From assembly GCA_026418175.1 (NCBI GenBank), contig JAOABX010000003.1, positions 117,084 through 181,083 on the forward strand: DNA of 64,000 nucleotides, read 5' to 3'. The stretch comes from Flavobacteriales bacterium. GTDB lineage: Bacteria > Bacteroidota > Bacteroidia > CAIKAF01. Both the position numbers and the translations under genes were made by a program. This document shows, one piece after another, positions 27,340-36,723 of this stretch. How positions within the stretch are numbered: the first letter of the stretch is position 1; every line of letters starts with the position of its first letter. Under the pieces are notes generated by a model, which saw only the letters and a list, made by a program, of their open reading frames with translations, had not been told where the DNA came from and did no database searches.

Positions 27340-30312
27340 ATGAAAACATTTACAAAAAAGTTATCAGTTTTATCCATCGGATTGATAGCTGGAGCAGCTA
27401 CAGCCCAAATAAGTTTTACAGATGGAAATAGTTTATTACATTCTGAAACTGGCGTACTAGGTAGTAATGCAAATATTTTCAGCGGTAATGCAGTATGCGT
27501 AGTAGACGTTAATTTTGATGGGTATGATGATATTGTCAAGTTAGATAATGGGCGATATGTACGAATTGAATATCAACAATCAGGAGGAACATTCACCCAC
27601 CAATATATTGGCGATTTTGGAACTATGACCAGCTGTTGGGGAATGAGTGCCGCCGATGTTGATAAAAATGGTTATGCTGATATACTTTTTAATGGTGGTT
27701 CTCAGGCTCGTTTAATGAAACTCAACAATACGGGTACAGGGATATTGGGTTCTATTATTAATCTGCCTAATGGTAATATTTTTAGTCAAAATGGAAATTT
27801 TTGCGATGCAAACAATGATGGTTGGTTAGATATTTTTATGTGTAATGACGTAGATGAAAGTAGATTGTGGTTAAATGATGGAACTGGTAATTTCCCGACA
27901 GAAAATAATAATACATATATAAATTTTGATTTAACTCCAGGTACGGGTCCTGGCCCTGCTCTTTCCGGGGGGCCACCAAATCATCAATATGATGAATCAG
28001 GAAATTATAGTAGTATATGGACTGATATAGATGATGATGGAGATGTAGATTTGTACATAGTTCATTGTAGGCAAGGAGCTAACCCAGGAGATTTACGTCG
28101 TACCAATGTATTGTTTAGAAACAATGGCAATGGTACATATACTGGAATTAACCAATCCGCACAAATAGGAATTTTAGCCAGCAATGATCAGGATTGGACA
28201 GCCAGCTTTGGTGATATTGATAATGATGGAGATTTTGATGTATTTATGACAAAACATGATAAGGCTCAAGAGTGGTACACTAATAATGGTAATGGTACTT
28301 TTAGTGCCACTGCTTCTGGGTCTTTTACTTATCCTAATAATACGGCTATTCAATCATTGTACGAAGATTTTGATAATGATGGATTTGTGGATTTATTATT
28401 TACCGGAATGGGTGTTCAACAAAGGCTTTATCGTAATAACGGGAATGGTACCTTTACACAAGTTCCTAATGCTACCCTTGGTTTTGGAAGTAATAATTTT
28501 GCATCATTTGCTACAGGTGACTTAAATCATGATGGAAAAATAGATATTTATGCTAGCTATCATACCAGCTATAATACACCTAGTTCAAGCATTGTAGACC
28601 GGCTTTGGTTAAATTCAACATCTAATAGTAATAACTTTTTAACATTAAATTTAAAAGGAACTACCAGTAACAAAGAAGGAATAGGTGCACGTGCATATAT
28701 TTATGGAGCCTGGGGAGTACAGACCCGTGAAGTTCGATCCAGTGAAAGTTATGGTACGCTTAATAGTTACAGCTTGCATTTTGGTTTAGGTACTGCTACT
28801 CAAGTTGATTCAATTGTTGTTCGCTGGCCCTCTGGCCAAAAATCGAAAATTGTTTGTCCTGTTTCAGCCAATCAATTTGTAAACATTGTAGAAGGTACGC
28901 CTACTTGCTTTTTAGCATGTTCTTCAATTAATATTACCCCCAGTGGTTCAACAACTATTTGTCCGGGAGATGTTCTTACGTTGAGCGCTCCGACAGGTGC
29001 TTATACATATCTTTGGTCTAATGGTGCTACCACACAATCGATCGATGTAAATACTGCAGGTACTTACAATGTAATTGTATCATCAGGTGCAGGATGCTCT
29101 GCTACAGCACCAAGCATTGTTGTTACGATGAATCCCCCAGAAAACCCGGTTATTACTGCGCAGGGTGATTTGGAGTTCTGCCCGGGTGGAAGTGTAGTGC
29201 TTGAAGCTGCTGGAGGTTCTCCGGTTTGGAATACGGGTGAAACTACATCTACAATTACAGCAACACAAGATGGAGAATACTATTTCTATATTCAAGGCCT
29301 TTGCCAGCCATGGTACTCAGATACGCTCGTTGTAACATTGTTTGATAATACCCCCCCGTCTGCTTCTGGAACTACTATAACCTCTCCGCAGTCTGTTACA
29401 TTAAATGCTACAGGTACCAATGTGAGCTGGTGGGATGCACCTTCAGGGGGTAATCTCTTGGGAACTGGAAACACGTTTGTTACTCCTGTATTGAGCAGTA
29501 CAACAACTTATTATGTTCAAGATGATCATCAATACAATGGGTCAATAGGTAACGTAGGCTCAACAGATATTGCATCGGCCGGGTATTCAACAGGAACAAT
29601 TAACGGATATTTAATTTTTGATGTCCTAACCAATTGCCGGTTGAACTCTGTTGAGGTATCTACCGATTCTGTTGGTACCAGAGTAATTGAATTACGCGAT
29701 GCCTCAGGAGCTGTTTTACAAGCTCTTTCTGTAAATATTCCTGCTGGAACATCTACCGTTGATTTGGGCTTTGATTTAACCCCCGGTACTTATCAGCTAG
29801 GTACCAATACCGCACAAAACAATTCTGAATTTGGTGCAAATTCTCCATTTTTGAAGAGAAACCAAAGTGGAGCTTCTTATCCGTACGTACTTACTGATGT
29901 GCTTTCTATAACAGGTGGACATACAGGTACTGCCCCAACTTCTGCTGCGTACTATTATTTCTATAATTGGGAAGTGGAAGTATTACCCATTGTTTGTCCT
30001 AGTGATCGCACTCCAGTTACTGTAACATATGTTAATACTTCAGGAATAGATAATGAAGAAGCCTCTCAATTCTTAATATATCCTAACCCTGCTACTAACT
30101 GGGTGAATGTTGAGTTTAATGTTTCGGAAACCGCACCTGCTCAACTTGAAGTAACTGATATGACCGGTCGTAAAGTGGTGTTAATAGATTTAGGAACAGT
30201 ACATGGTAAAGTAACTCGTATATTGCAAACGGATGGATTTGCTCAAGGTGTTTACAATGTAACACTTACCGTAGGTGAAAAAACGTATCATACGCTGGTT
30301 GTAATTAAATAA
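27340..30312 (+). CDS. FG-GAP/VCBS seven-bladed propeller plus ASPIC/UnbV domain protein (CRTAC1-like) with Ig-like repeats and a T9SS C-terminal sorting domain
   Basis: Seven D-x-D/N-x-D-G-x-x-D Ca-binding blade motifs (DVNFDGYDDIV, DVDKNGYADIL, DANNDGWLDIF, DIDDDGDVDLY, DIDNDGDFDVF, DFDNDGFVDLL, DLNHDGKIDIY). UnbV_ASPIC signature KEGIGARAYIYG...LHFGLGTATQVDSIVVRWPSGQ. CTD IYPNPATNWVNVEF...GVYNVTL. Confidence 0.75.
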   Translation: MKTFTKKLSVLSIGLIAGAATAQISFTDGNSLLHSETGVLGSNANIFSGNAVCVVDVNFDGYDDIVKLDNGRYVRIEYQQSGGTFTHQYIGDFGTMTSCWGMSAADVDKNGYADILFNGGSQARLMKLNNTGTGILGSIINLPNGNIFSQNGNFCDANNDGWLDIFMCNDVDESRLWLNDGTGNFPTENNNTYINFDLTPGTGPGPALSGGPPNHQYDESGNYSSIWTDIDDDGDVDLYIVHCRQGANPGDLRRTNVLFRNNGNGTYTGINQSAQIGILASNDQDWTASFGDIDNDGDFDVFMTKHDKAQEWYTNNGNGTFSATASGSFTYPNNTAIQSLYEDFDNDGFVDLLFTGMGVQQRLYRNNGNGTFTQVPNATLGFGSNNFASFATGDLNHDGKIDIYASYHTSYNTPSSSIVDRLWLNSTSNSNNFLTLNLKGTTSNKEGIGARAYIYGAWGVQTREVRSSESYGTLNSYSLHFGLGTATQVDSIVVRWPSGQKSKIVCPVSANQFVNIVEGTPTCFLACSSINITPSGSTTICPGDVLTLSAPTGAYTYLWSNGATTQSIDVNTAGTYNVIVSSGAGCSATAPSIVVTMNPPENPVITAQGDLEFCPGGSVVLEAAGGSPVWNTGETTSTITATQDGEYYFYIQGLCQPWYSDTLVVTLFDNTPPSASGTTITSPQSVTLNATGTNVSWWDAPSGGNLLGTGNTFVTPVLSSTTTYYVQDDHQYNGSIGNVGSTDIASAGYSTGTINGYLIFDVLTNCRLNSVEVSTDSVGTRVIELRDASGAVLQALSVNIPAGTSTVDLGFDLTPGTYQLGTNTAQNNSEFGANSPFLKRNQSGASYPYVLTDVLSITGGHTGTAPTSAAYYYFYNWEVEVLPIVCPSDRTPVTVTYVNTSGIDNEEASQFLIYPNPATNWVNVEFNVSETAPAQLEVTDMTGRKVVLIDLGTVHGKVTRILQTDGFAQGVYNVTLTVGEKTYHTLVVIK

Positions 30313-30334
30313 ATTGTAATGACGGTATTTAAAA

Positions 30335-30359
30335 GGGCAGGATTTCCTGCCCTTTTTTA
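30335..30359 (+). terminator. Rho-independent terminator after 27340..30312
   Basis: Hairpin gggcagg-attt-cctgccc followed by TTTTTTATTTT. Confidence 0.65.
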
Positions 30360-30459
30360 TTTTAAAATGCCGCGATTACAGCTAATCCAAGATATTAGAG
30401 TTGTGTAGTAGTAAGATGGATTTAAAGTTTAAAATAATACACCAACGAAGGTATGAATA

Positions 30460-31521
30460 TTAAAAATTCTGGTTTTCTGCTAATGTAAGGCGTATCGCCT
30501 CAGTTAGCTTTGGCCGTACACGGCCCTTGTGATATATGTTTTGACCGAGATTGGTACCTTTACGAAGTTTTGCTTGCTTTTCTTTGGGCAAATGCATAAA
30601 ATCTTTACATTCTACCGAACAACATCCTTCATAAGTTTTTGCACATTCTTTACATTGAATAAAAAGTAAATGACAGGCATCATTTTTACAATTGGTGTGT
30701 GTATCACAAGGATTCCCACATTGGTGGCATTTGCTAATAATCTCATCACTAATTCTTTCTCCAAGCCGCTCATCGAAAACAAAATTTTTTCCATGAAATT
30801 TATTTTCCAACCCTTCATTTTTTACTTGCCGGGCATATTCAATAATACCTCCATAAAGTTGGTTTACATCTTTAAATCCTAAATGTTTCAAATACGCACT
30901 GGCTTTTTCACAACGAATGCCCCCCGTACAATACAAGAGTATTTTTTTATTTTCTTTTCCACGAAGCATTTCTGCTACCATGGGTAATTCTTGTTTAAAT
31001 GTATCGGCATCCGGACAAATGGCTTTTTCAAAGTGGCCAATCTCGCTTTCGTAGTGGTTTCGCATATCCACTACAATGGTATCTGGATGTTCTAATGCTT
31101 CATTAAACTCTCTTGCGGTTAAGTGTTTTCCAACATTGGTAACATCGTAAGTGCCCGGAGCCAAGCCATCAGCTACAATATTTTTACGAACTTTAATTAC
31201 CAATTTCAAAAATGATTTTCCATCATCTTCTATAGCTATTTTAAAGGGGATGTCTTTAAACCGAACATCCGAATAAAGGTGATTTTTAAACTCTTCAAAA
31301 TGATGTTCCGGTACATTCATTTGTGCATTAATGCCTTCATGGGCTACGTAAATTCTACCTAAACAGTTCAGCGAGCTCCATTTTAGATATAATTCATCTC
31401 GTAGTTTTTGAGGGTCATCAATGTTTACATAACGATAGAAAGATAAGGTAATCCTTTTAAAGGTTTCGCTCTCCAGTTTTTTTCGGAGGGTTTCTTTGTC
31501 ATATTTGTTATACAGTTGCAT
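30460..31521 (-). CDS. trhO: Rhodanese-domain protein TrhO / UPF0176 (tRNA uridine(34) hydroxylase family)
   Basis: 353 aa; rhodanese active-site loop [13 protein letters not shown]; C-terminal Cys-rich tail ([20 protein letters not shown]...[16 protein letters not shown]). Confidence 0.7.
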   Translation of the reverse strand: MQLYNKYDKETLRKKLESETFKRITLSFYRYVNIDDPQKLRDELYLKWSSLNCLGRIYVAHEGINAQMNVPEHHFEEFKNHLYSDVRFKDIPFKIAIEDDGKSFLKLVIKVRKNIVADGLAPGTYDVTNVGKHLTAREFNEALEHPDTIVVDMRNHYESEIGHFEKAICPDADTFKQELPMVAEMLRGKENKKILLYCTGGIRCEKASAYLKHLGFKDVNQLYGGIIEYARQVKNEGLENKFHGKNFVFDERLGERISDEIISKCHQCGNPCDTHTNCKNDACHLLFIQCKECAKTYEGCCSVECKDFMHLPKEKQAKLRKGTNLGQNIYHKGRVRPKLTEAIRLTLAENQNF

Positions 31522-31613
31522 GCTGTATAGATTTTAATGTGGTGCAAATTTATTAAATGCAGTATTGCTAATCAATGAGAAATAGTACAACAGCACGATT
31601 GTTTTTAGTATAA

Positions 31614-32612
31614 ATGTTCTGCAATTGCCTAAAAAACGGTAAGTTCGTTGAGAAATTGATGTATATGAAAAAAGATATAATTCTTGTACTTGGCAGTGGC
31701 GGGCAAATTGGAACAGAATTAATCACCGCGTTACGAAATACATACGGAGCTTCTCAGGTAATTGCTTCTGATATCAAGCCCAATACTAATAATGATGCTG
31801 GTCCTTATGAAATTATTAATGTGCTTGATAAAACACGTATAGCTGAGGTCATTGAAAAATATAATGTAACTCAGGTTTATTTACTGGCGGCTATGTTATC
31901 GGCTACTGGCGAAAAATTTCCCGAAAAGGCTTGGGAATTAAATATGAATAGTTTGTTTTACCTGTTGGATATGGCTCGCGAAAAGCGTTTTTTTAAGTTG
32001 TATTGGCCAAGCAGTATTGCAGCATTTGGCCCTACAACCCCCAGAATAGATACTCCTCAGCATACCATTACTGAGCCTACTACTATTTATGGAATAAGCA
32101 AGTTAGCCGGGGAACGATTGTGTGAATGGTATTTTTTAAAGCATGGAGTTGATGTTCGTAGCATTCGTTATCCTGGCCTTATTAGCTATACAGCCCCTCC
32201 TGGTGGTGGAACTACCGATTATGCAGTGGATATTTTTCACCAAGCCATTCAAAAAGGCTCATACACCAGTTTTTTAAGTGCAGGTACTCGCTTGCCAATG
32301 ATGTATATGCCTGATGCTATTCGGGCCACCATGGAAATAATGGAAGCGCCGGCAGAAAAAATAAAAATACGTTCCAGTTATAATTTATCTGCATTTAGTT
32401 TTACACCTGCCGAATTAGCTCATGAAATACGCCAATACATACCCGATTTTCAGGTGTTTTATGAGCCCGATTTTCGCCAACAAATTGCTGATTCATGGCC
32501 ACAAAGTATTGATGATTCGGAAGCAAGAAAAGATTGGGGGTGGAAGCCTCGCTACACATTGCCTGCCATGGTTAAAGACATGTTAGATAATTTAAAAAAT
32601 CAATTAAAATAA
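31614..32612 (+). CDS. NAD-dependent L-threonine 3-dehydrogenase-like extended SDR (epimerase/dehydratase fold)
   Basis: Likely real start is ATG at 31658 or 31664 (MYMKKDIILVLGSGGQIGTEL, Rossmann motif); YxxxK as YGISKLAGE; ~318-aa mature size matches SDR-type Tdh. Confidence 0.55.
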   Translation: MFCNCLKNGKFVEKLMYMKKDIILVLGSGGQIGTELITALRNTYGASQVIASDIKPNTNNDAGPYEIINVLDKTRIAEVIEKYNVTQVYLLAAMLSATGEKFPEKAWELNMNSLFYLLDMAREKRFFKLYWPSSIAAFGPTTPRIDTPQHTITEPTTIYGISKLAGERLCEWYFLKHGVDVRSIRYPGLISYTAPPGGGTTDYAVDIFHQAIQKGSYTSFLSAGTRLPMMYMPDAIRATMEIMEAPAEKIKIRSSYNLSAFSFTPAELAHEIRQYIPDFQVFYEPDFRQQIADSWPQSIDDSEARKDWGWKPRYTLPAMVKDMLDNLKNQLK

Positions 32613-32631
32613 GCTTATTTAAAAAAAAATA

Positions 32632-32668
32632 GAAAACCCGACGAAGTTTATTAACCCGCCGGGTTTTC
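32632..32668. terminator. Candidate bidirectional terminator between convergent genes
   Basis: gaaaacccg...cgggttttc 9-bp stem with a large loop; A-run upstream (terminates the - strand gene) and a T-rich run downstream. Confidence 0.35.
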
Positions 32669-32697
32669 TATTTGATTAATTTGCTGTTAAATTAATG

Positions 32698-34197
32698 CTA
32701 TCTTTTAATCAATGATTGTTGATGTATTTTTTCGCTACTGATTAGTTGCATGAGATAAATGCCCGGAGCAAGGTCATCAATCATGATAATTGAATTTGTA
32801 TTATTACTACTTAAGTTGGTTGATTTAATCAATTTTCCATCCATTGAATAAAAGTTTAATTTTTCAAATGAATGATTTGATATGGATGGTACAATCACAT
32901 AATTATCAGCCGGATTTGGATAAATCATCAAAGTAGTTTCTAACTCATCATTTATACCTACAAATGGATTTATTATTACCGTACGACAAGTACTTGCTTC
33001 ACACCCTCCGATACCTGTTACAGTTAAACAAACCGTAAATGTATCAACCGAAGTATAGACATGAGTAGGATTTTGAAGCGTTGAAGTATTTCCATCTCCG
33101 AAATCCCATGACCAGGAAGTGCCACCTGTTGAGTTATCTATGAATTGTACATTAAAGCCAGAAACGTTGCTATTAAAGTTAGCACTTGGATATGCTCCAA
33201 TGATCAAATTGCTTCCATTATCAGTTCCATTCATCGAAGGATTGGAGGAAACTACCCGGATGCGATACCCTGTTCCGGCAGCAGTGCTTCCAGGTATTGT
33301 TGCATTTATTGATCCTGATGTGGTGGATGTGATACTGCCGATTGGAGTTGGAGAAGCAAAAGATCCCAAGGCATCAGAAAGTTGAGCTGTAAAAACATTA
33401 CCTGAATTAAATGTTCCTGATGCTGAATAATTAACTACAACTGCATCATTGGGACATAGTGTATCTTCAGAAACAGAGGTAGTTGTAATAGTATTTGTTA
33501 CAGCAGCAGTTCCTGAAATTACAATTTCATCTACTGAAAGGGGGGGGTCTGATGCGCTGAACGAAGAATTATTTACAAAACGAAATCCAAAGCGCAAGGT
33601 AGCTTGATTGTTCCAAATAGCATTCGTTTGAGTTAAAGTTTGCCAAGAGGAAACATTGTAAATATTTCCTAATTGTAATTGCCAGGTAGCTCCCCCATTG
33701 GTACTATAATATAATTCACCATAGGTGGCAGAAGAGCCTGCGCATAAATAATAACAGGAAAAAGTAACGTTGGTATATCCAAGCGTTGAAATATCGTTGC
33801 TCATCTTAGCAAAATAATTTTGATTACCATTACATAAAAACCCACCATCCGACGCTAAAAAGTTAGCATTACTGATACCCGCAGCTTGTGCTGCTTGATT
33901 TACGATATGTAAATAATTACTATTCGGTGAGCCAGTTATTGCTCCCGGTTGACTGGGAGTATTTCCAACGGAAGTAGAAAAACCAAAGCAAGGTTCATTA
34001 AATGATCCACCGTTATAGCTGTTATTAACTACCCAAAGATTATACCCGTTAGTAACTGAACTTACATCTGATGAATTAAGGGTAAATGTGTGAGTAGCAC
34101 CATTAAAATTTTCAGAATACAAGGTAGTTTGCGAATATATTTTTATTAATGGAAATCCTAAAGCAAATAATAATAGTAGAAGTTTTCTCATAATCAT
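32698..34197 (-). CDS. Secreted T9SS cargo protein: N-terminal ~240-aa domain, one copy of the GNVFTAQLSD module, a PKD-like domain (WSWDFGDGNTS) and a T9SS CTD
   Basis: Signal peptide; aa 266-333 GNVFTAQLSDALGSFASPTPIGSITSTTSGSINATIPGSTAAGTGYRIRVVSSNPSMNGTDNGSNL; PKD signature WSWDFGDGNT; CTD IYPNPADNYVIVPS...GIYLMQL. Confidence 0.7.
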   Translation of the reverse strand: MIMRKLLLLLFALGFPLIKIYSQTTLYSENFNGATHTFTLNSSDVSSVTNGYNLWVVNNSYNGGSFNEPCFGFSTSVGNTPSQPGAITGSPNSNYLHIVNQAAQAAGISNANFLASDGGFLCNGNQNYFAKMSNDISTLGYTNVTFSCYYLCAGSSATYGELYYSTNGGATWQLQLGNIYNVSSWQTLTQTNAIWNNQATLRFGFRFVNNSSFSASDPPLSVDEIVISGTAAVTNTITTTSVSEDTLCPNDAVVVNYSASGTFNSGNVFTAQLSDALGSFASPTPIGSITSTTSGSINATIPGSTAAGTGYRIRVVSSNPSMNGTDNGSNLIIGAYPSANFNSNVSGFNVQFIDNSTGGTSWSWDFGDGNTSTLQNPTHVYTSVDTFTVCLTVTGIGGCEASTCRTVIINPFVGINDELETTLMIYPNPADNYVIVPSISNHSFEKLNFYSMDGKLIKSTNLSSNNTNSIIMIDDLAPGIYLMQLISSEKIHQQSLIKR

Positions 34198-34259
34198 GTA
34201 TGTTTAATTGTTTTTACTAAAATATAAAATTTTGTAAAAACATACATGATATTTTTTGC

Positions 34260-34559
34260 TTAATTCATCGAAGGCTGTGGAATAGAGAAAGACGGGCTTT
34301 CGTGAAATGCCAATTCATGAATCAATAATTCCATGTATTGATAAAGGGGCATTTTTTGAAGTATTTCATTTACCATGCGGTTGCTTTCTGTTTGTATCAC
34401 AATCCATAACCGAGTACGGTCAGCAGAAAGTGCGTAGGTGGTAATGATCCCTTTTTCCATTAGTTTGTTTACAATCATTCGCTGTTGTGGAATACGATTG
34501 ATGAAATCATCATCAGGTGTTTCGGGAAAATGAATGTCAACCAAATAATTTCTTTTCAT
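34260..34559 (-). CDS. Small protein with muconolactone-isomerase-like fold (weak)
   Basis: 99 aa; LQKMPLYQYMELLIHEL resembles the C-terminal conserved block of muconolactone delta-isomerase (PF02426-like). Assigned from memory only. Confidence 0.3.
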   Translation of the reverse strand: MKRNYLVDIHFPETPDDDFINRIPQQRMIVNKLMEKGIITTYALSADRTRLWIVIQTESNRMVNEILQKMPLYQYMELLIHELAFHESPSFSIPQPSMN

Positions 34560-34734
34560 ACATTTAGTTTTTATGGTTGCCCTTTCTGCACAAACCTATT
34601 ACCAATTTGATAATTATTATATAGAGATTCATCAAATATTGGAATAGTTTATTAGCAAGTTTTGAACAAAATATTGCATTTATCGTCTTGGTAAAATCAT
34701 TCTTTATAATCTTGCAGATGCTAATAATGAACAC

Positions 34735-36657
34735 TTGGTTGCAAAGTTGAATGAAGAAATACGCAGCTATTTAGAGCATTTGCGTGAATTACTGGCTATT
34801 GAAAAACAAGAAGAATATCGCCAGATTGGAGAATATTTAAAAAATACACCGCTTCACCTTCGTGTCAAAACTGGCTTTAGTTGGTTCCCTTTAATAATAA
34901 AAGAAACCGGATATGGATTAGGAGATTATCCATTTGTGGTTGTTGAAAGAACACAACCATTGGAGGTAGAACATACCTTTCAAGGAGGAAAACTGGTACG
35001 TTTATTTTCAGGGCACAATGATTCAGAATGGTTTATAAATGGTACAGTGCATTATGTTGATAATCATCAAATGAAAATCTATTTTTTTACCGATGATTTT
35101 CCAGATTGGGTAAATGATGGTAAAATTGGTGTGGATTTATTGTTTGATGATCGTTCCTATCGTGAAATGGATGCAGCCCTCCAAGAAGCAATCAGGGCTA
35201 AGAATAACAGGTTAGCATATTTACTGAACGTTTGTTTTGGCAAACAAACACCTGTTCAGCAGAATGCAAATAAAATTTCGCATCCCTATCTAAATGCATC
35301 GCAATTGCAAGCAGTACAACAGGTGTTGAATGCAGAAGACGTTGCAATTATTCATGGCCCTCCCGGAACCGGTAAGACAACTACGCTGGTGGCTGCTATT
35401 ACTGAACTATGTAAATTAGAAAAATCAATATTGGTTACAGCACCCAGTAATGCGGCAACCGATCATATTACCCGCGAACTGGGTAAAGAAGGTCTTAAGG
35501 TTGTACGAGTGGGTAATATATCAAGAATAGATGACCAAATTCTACCATTTACTCTCGAATATTTACTGGCCTCCCATTCGCGTAGTGGAGAATTAAATAT
35601 GTATAAGAAACGTGCTGAGGAAATGCGTCGAATGGCTGGAAAATACAAACGAAGTTTTGGTAAAGAAGAACGCTTACAGCGCGAATTACTTTACAAAGAG
35701 GCAAGGGCACTAAGCGCAGAGGCCCGTTTGTTAGAAGAATATATGATTGAAGATATTTTGCAAATGGCGGATGTTATTACAGCTACTCCGGTAAGCTTGC
35801 AAACCAAATATCTTGAAAACCGACGCTTTTCAACTGTTGTAATGGATGAAGCTGCTCAGTCGTTATTGCCAGCTACATTAATTCCTTTGATGAAAGCAGA
35901 TAAATTGATTATGGCCGGAGACCCCTTTCAACTCCCCCCAACCGTAAAATCAATGGATGCACAAAAAGGAGGGCTTCAGACTACTCTGATGGATATATGC
36001 TTAAAAACAATCCCTGAATCATTTTGCTTGCTAAATGTACAGTACCGGATGCACCAAGATATCATGGAATTTTCTAACCGGTGGTTTTATAAGCATAAAT
36101 TGATGCCTCATCCTACGGTAGCGGAGCGATCACTAGGTTTTGCAGATGAAAAGTTTCCACCATTTTTATTCGTAGATACGGCAGGTACTGGCTTTGAAGA
36201 GCAGATGAACCTCGAAACACGGAGTTTGTATAATGAAGGAGAGATCGGACTAGTTAAACAAATTTTAAATGAATTGTTAGATGTTTCGCAAGAGGGGAAT
36301 ATTCCCACAGTTGCTGTGATTACCCCTTATCGTGAGCAAGTAATGAAGTTGCATCAGGCACTTTACACTAATCCGGTTCATAAACAATTGTTTTCTATTG
36401 ATACCATTGATTCATTTCAGGGGCAAGAACGAGATGTGGTTATAATTAGTCTGGTAAGAAGTAATGAGCGCGGAGAGATAGGATTTTTACAAGATTACCG
36501 GAGGATGAATGTAGCTATGACACGAGCCAAAAAATGCTTGATTATGATTGGTGATAGTGCCACGCTTGCTAATGATCGTTTTTACCAATTTTTACTAAAT
36601 TATGTGGAAGAAAAGTCGGCTTACCGTTCAGCCTGGGCATACATACATAATGAGTGA
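34735..36657 (+). CDS. Superfamily 1 DNA/RNA helicase, Upf1/IGHMBP2/DNA2-like (AAA_11 + AAA_12)
   Basis: Walker A GPPGTGKTT; motif Ia VTAPSNAA; Walker B/DEAD-like VVMDEAAQS; QYRMH (motif IV); FQGQERDVVIIS (motif V); MTRAKK (motif VI). The frame is open from 34666 with no in-frame ATG before the track's TTG at 34735, so it probably uses a non-ATG start. Confidence 0.8.
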   Translation: MVAKLNEEIRSYLEHLRELLAIEKQEEYRQIGEYLKNTPLHLRVKTGFSWFPLIIKETGYGLGDYPFVVVERTQPLEVEHTFQGGKLVRLFSGHNDSEWFINGTVHYVDNHQMKIYFFTDDFPDWVNDGKIGVDLLFDDRSYREMDAALQEAIRAKNNRLAYLLNVCFGKQTPVQQNANKISHPYLNASQLQAVQQVLNAEDVAIIHGPPGTGKTTTLVAAITELCKLEKSILVTAPSNAATDHITRELGKEGLKVVRVGNISRIDDQILPFTLEYLLASHSRSGELNMYKKRAEEMRRMAGKYKRSFGKEERLQRELLYKEARALSAEARLLEEYMIEDILQMADVITATPVSLQTKYLENRRFSTVVMDEAAQSLLPATLIPLMKADKLIMAGDPFQLPPTVKSMDAQKGGLQTTLMDICLKTIPESFCLLNVQYRMHQDIMEFSNRWFYKHKLMPHPTVAERSLGFADEKFPPFLFVDTAGTGFEEQMNLETRSLYNEGEIGLVKQILNELLDVSQEGNIPTVAVITPYREQVMKLHQALYTNPVHKQLFSIDTIDSFQGQERDVVIISLVRSNERGEIGFLQDYRRMNVAMTRAKKCLIMIGDSATLANDRFYQFLLNYVEEKSAYRSAWAYIHNE

Positions 36658-36723
36658 TTTTTTATATAGCAAGAAATTGACGTAATTTTAATAATTTTAA
36701 CGTTTTAATTAAATTCATTACTT

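Noticed and set aside
27318-27539. 73-aa - strand ORF overlapping the start of the FG-GAP/ASPIC gene
   Set aside because: It overlaps the signal-peptide region of a strongly supported + strand gene and has no independent support.
32632-32668. Possible riboswitch or attenuator structure between tdh-like gene and the convergent cargo gene
   Set aside because: It lies between two convergent 3' ends with flanking A- and T-runs. It is more simply a bidirectional terminator, kept as a low-confidence feature only.
33119-33385. Similar-looking small ORFs 33119..33385 (+), 38421..38627 (-) and 38931..39191 (-), all ending ...ASES
   Set aside because: They are not a small-protein family. They are antisense translations of the repeated A module (GNVFTAQLSD...) present in the two cargo genes. 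They are useful only as confirmation of the DNA-level repeat.
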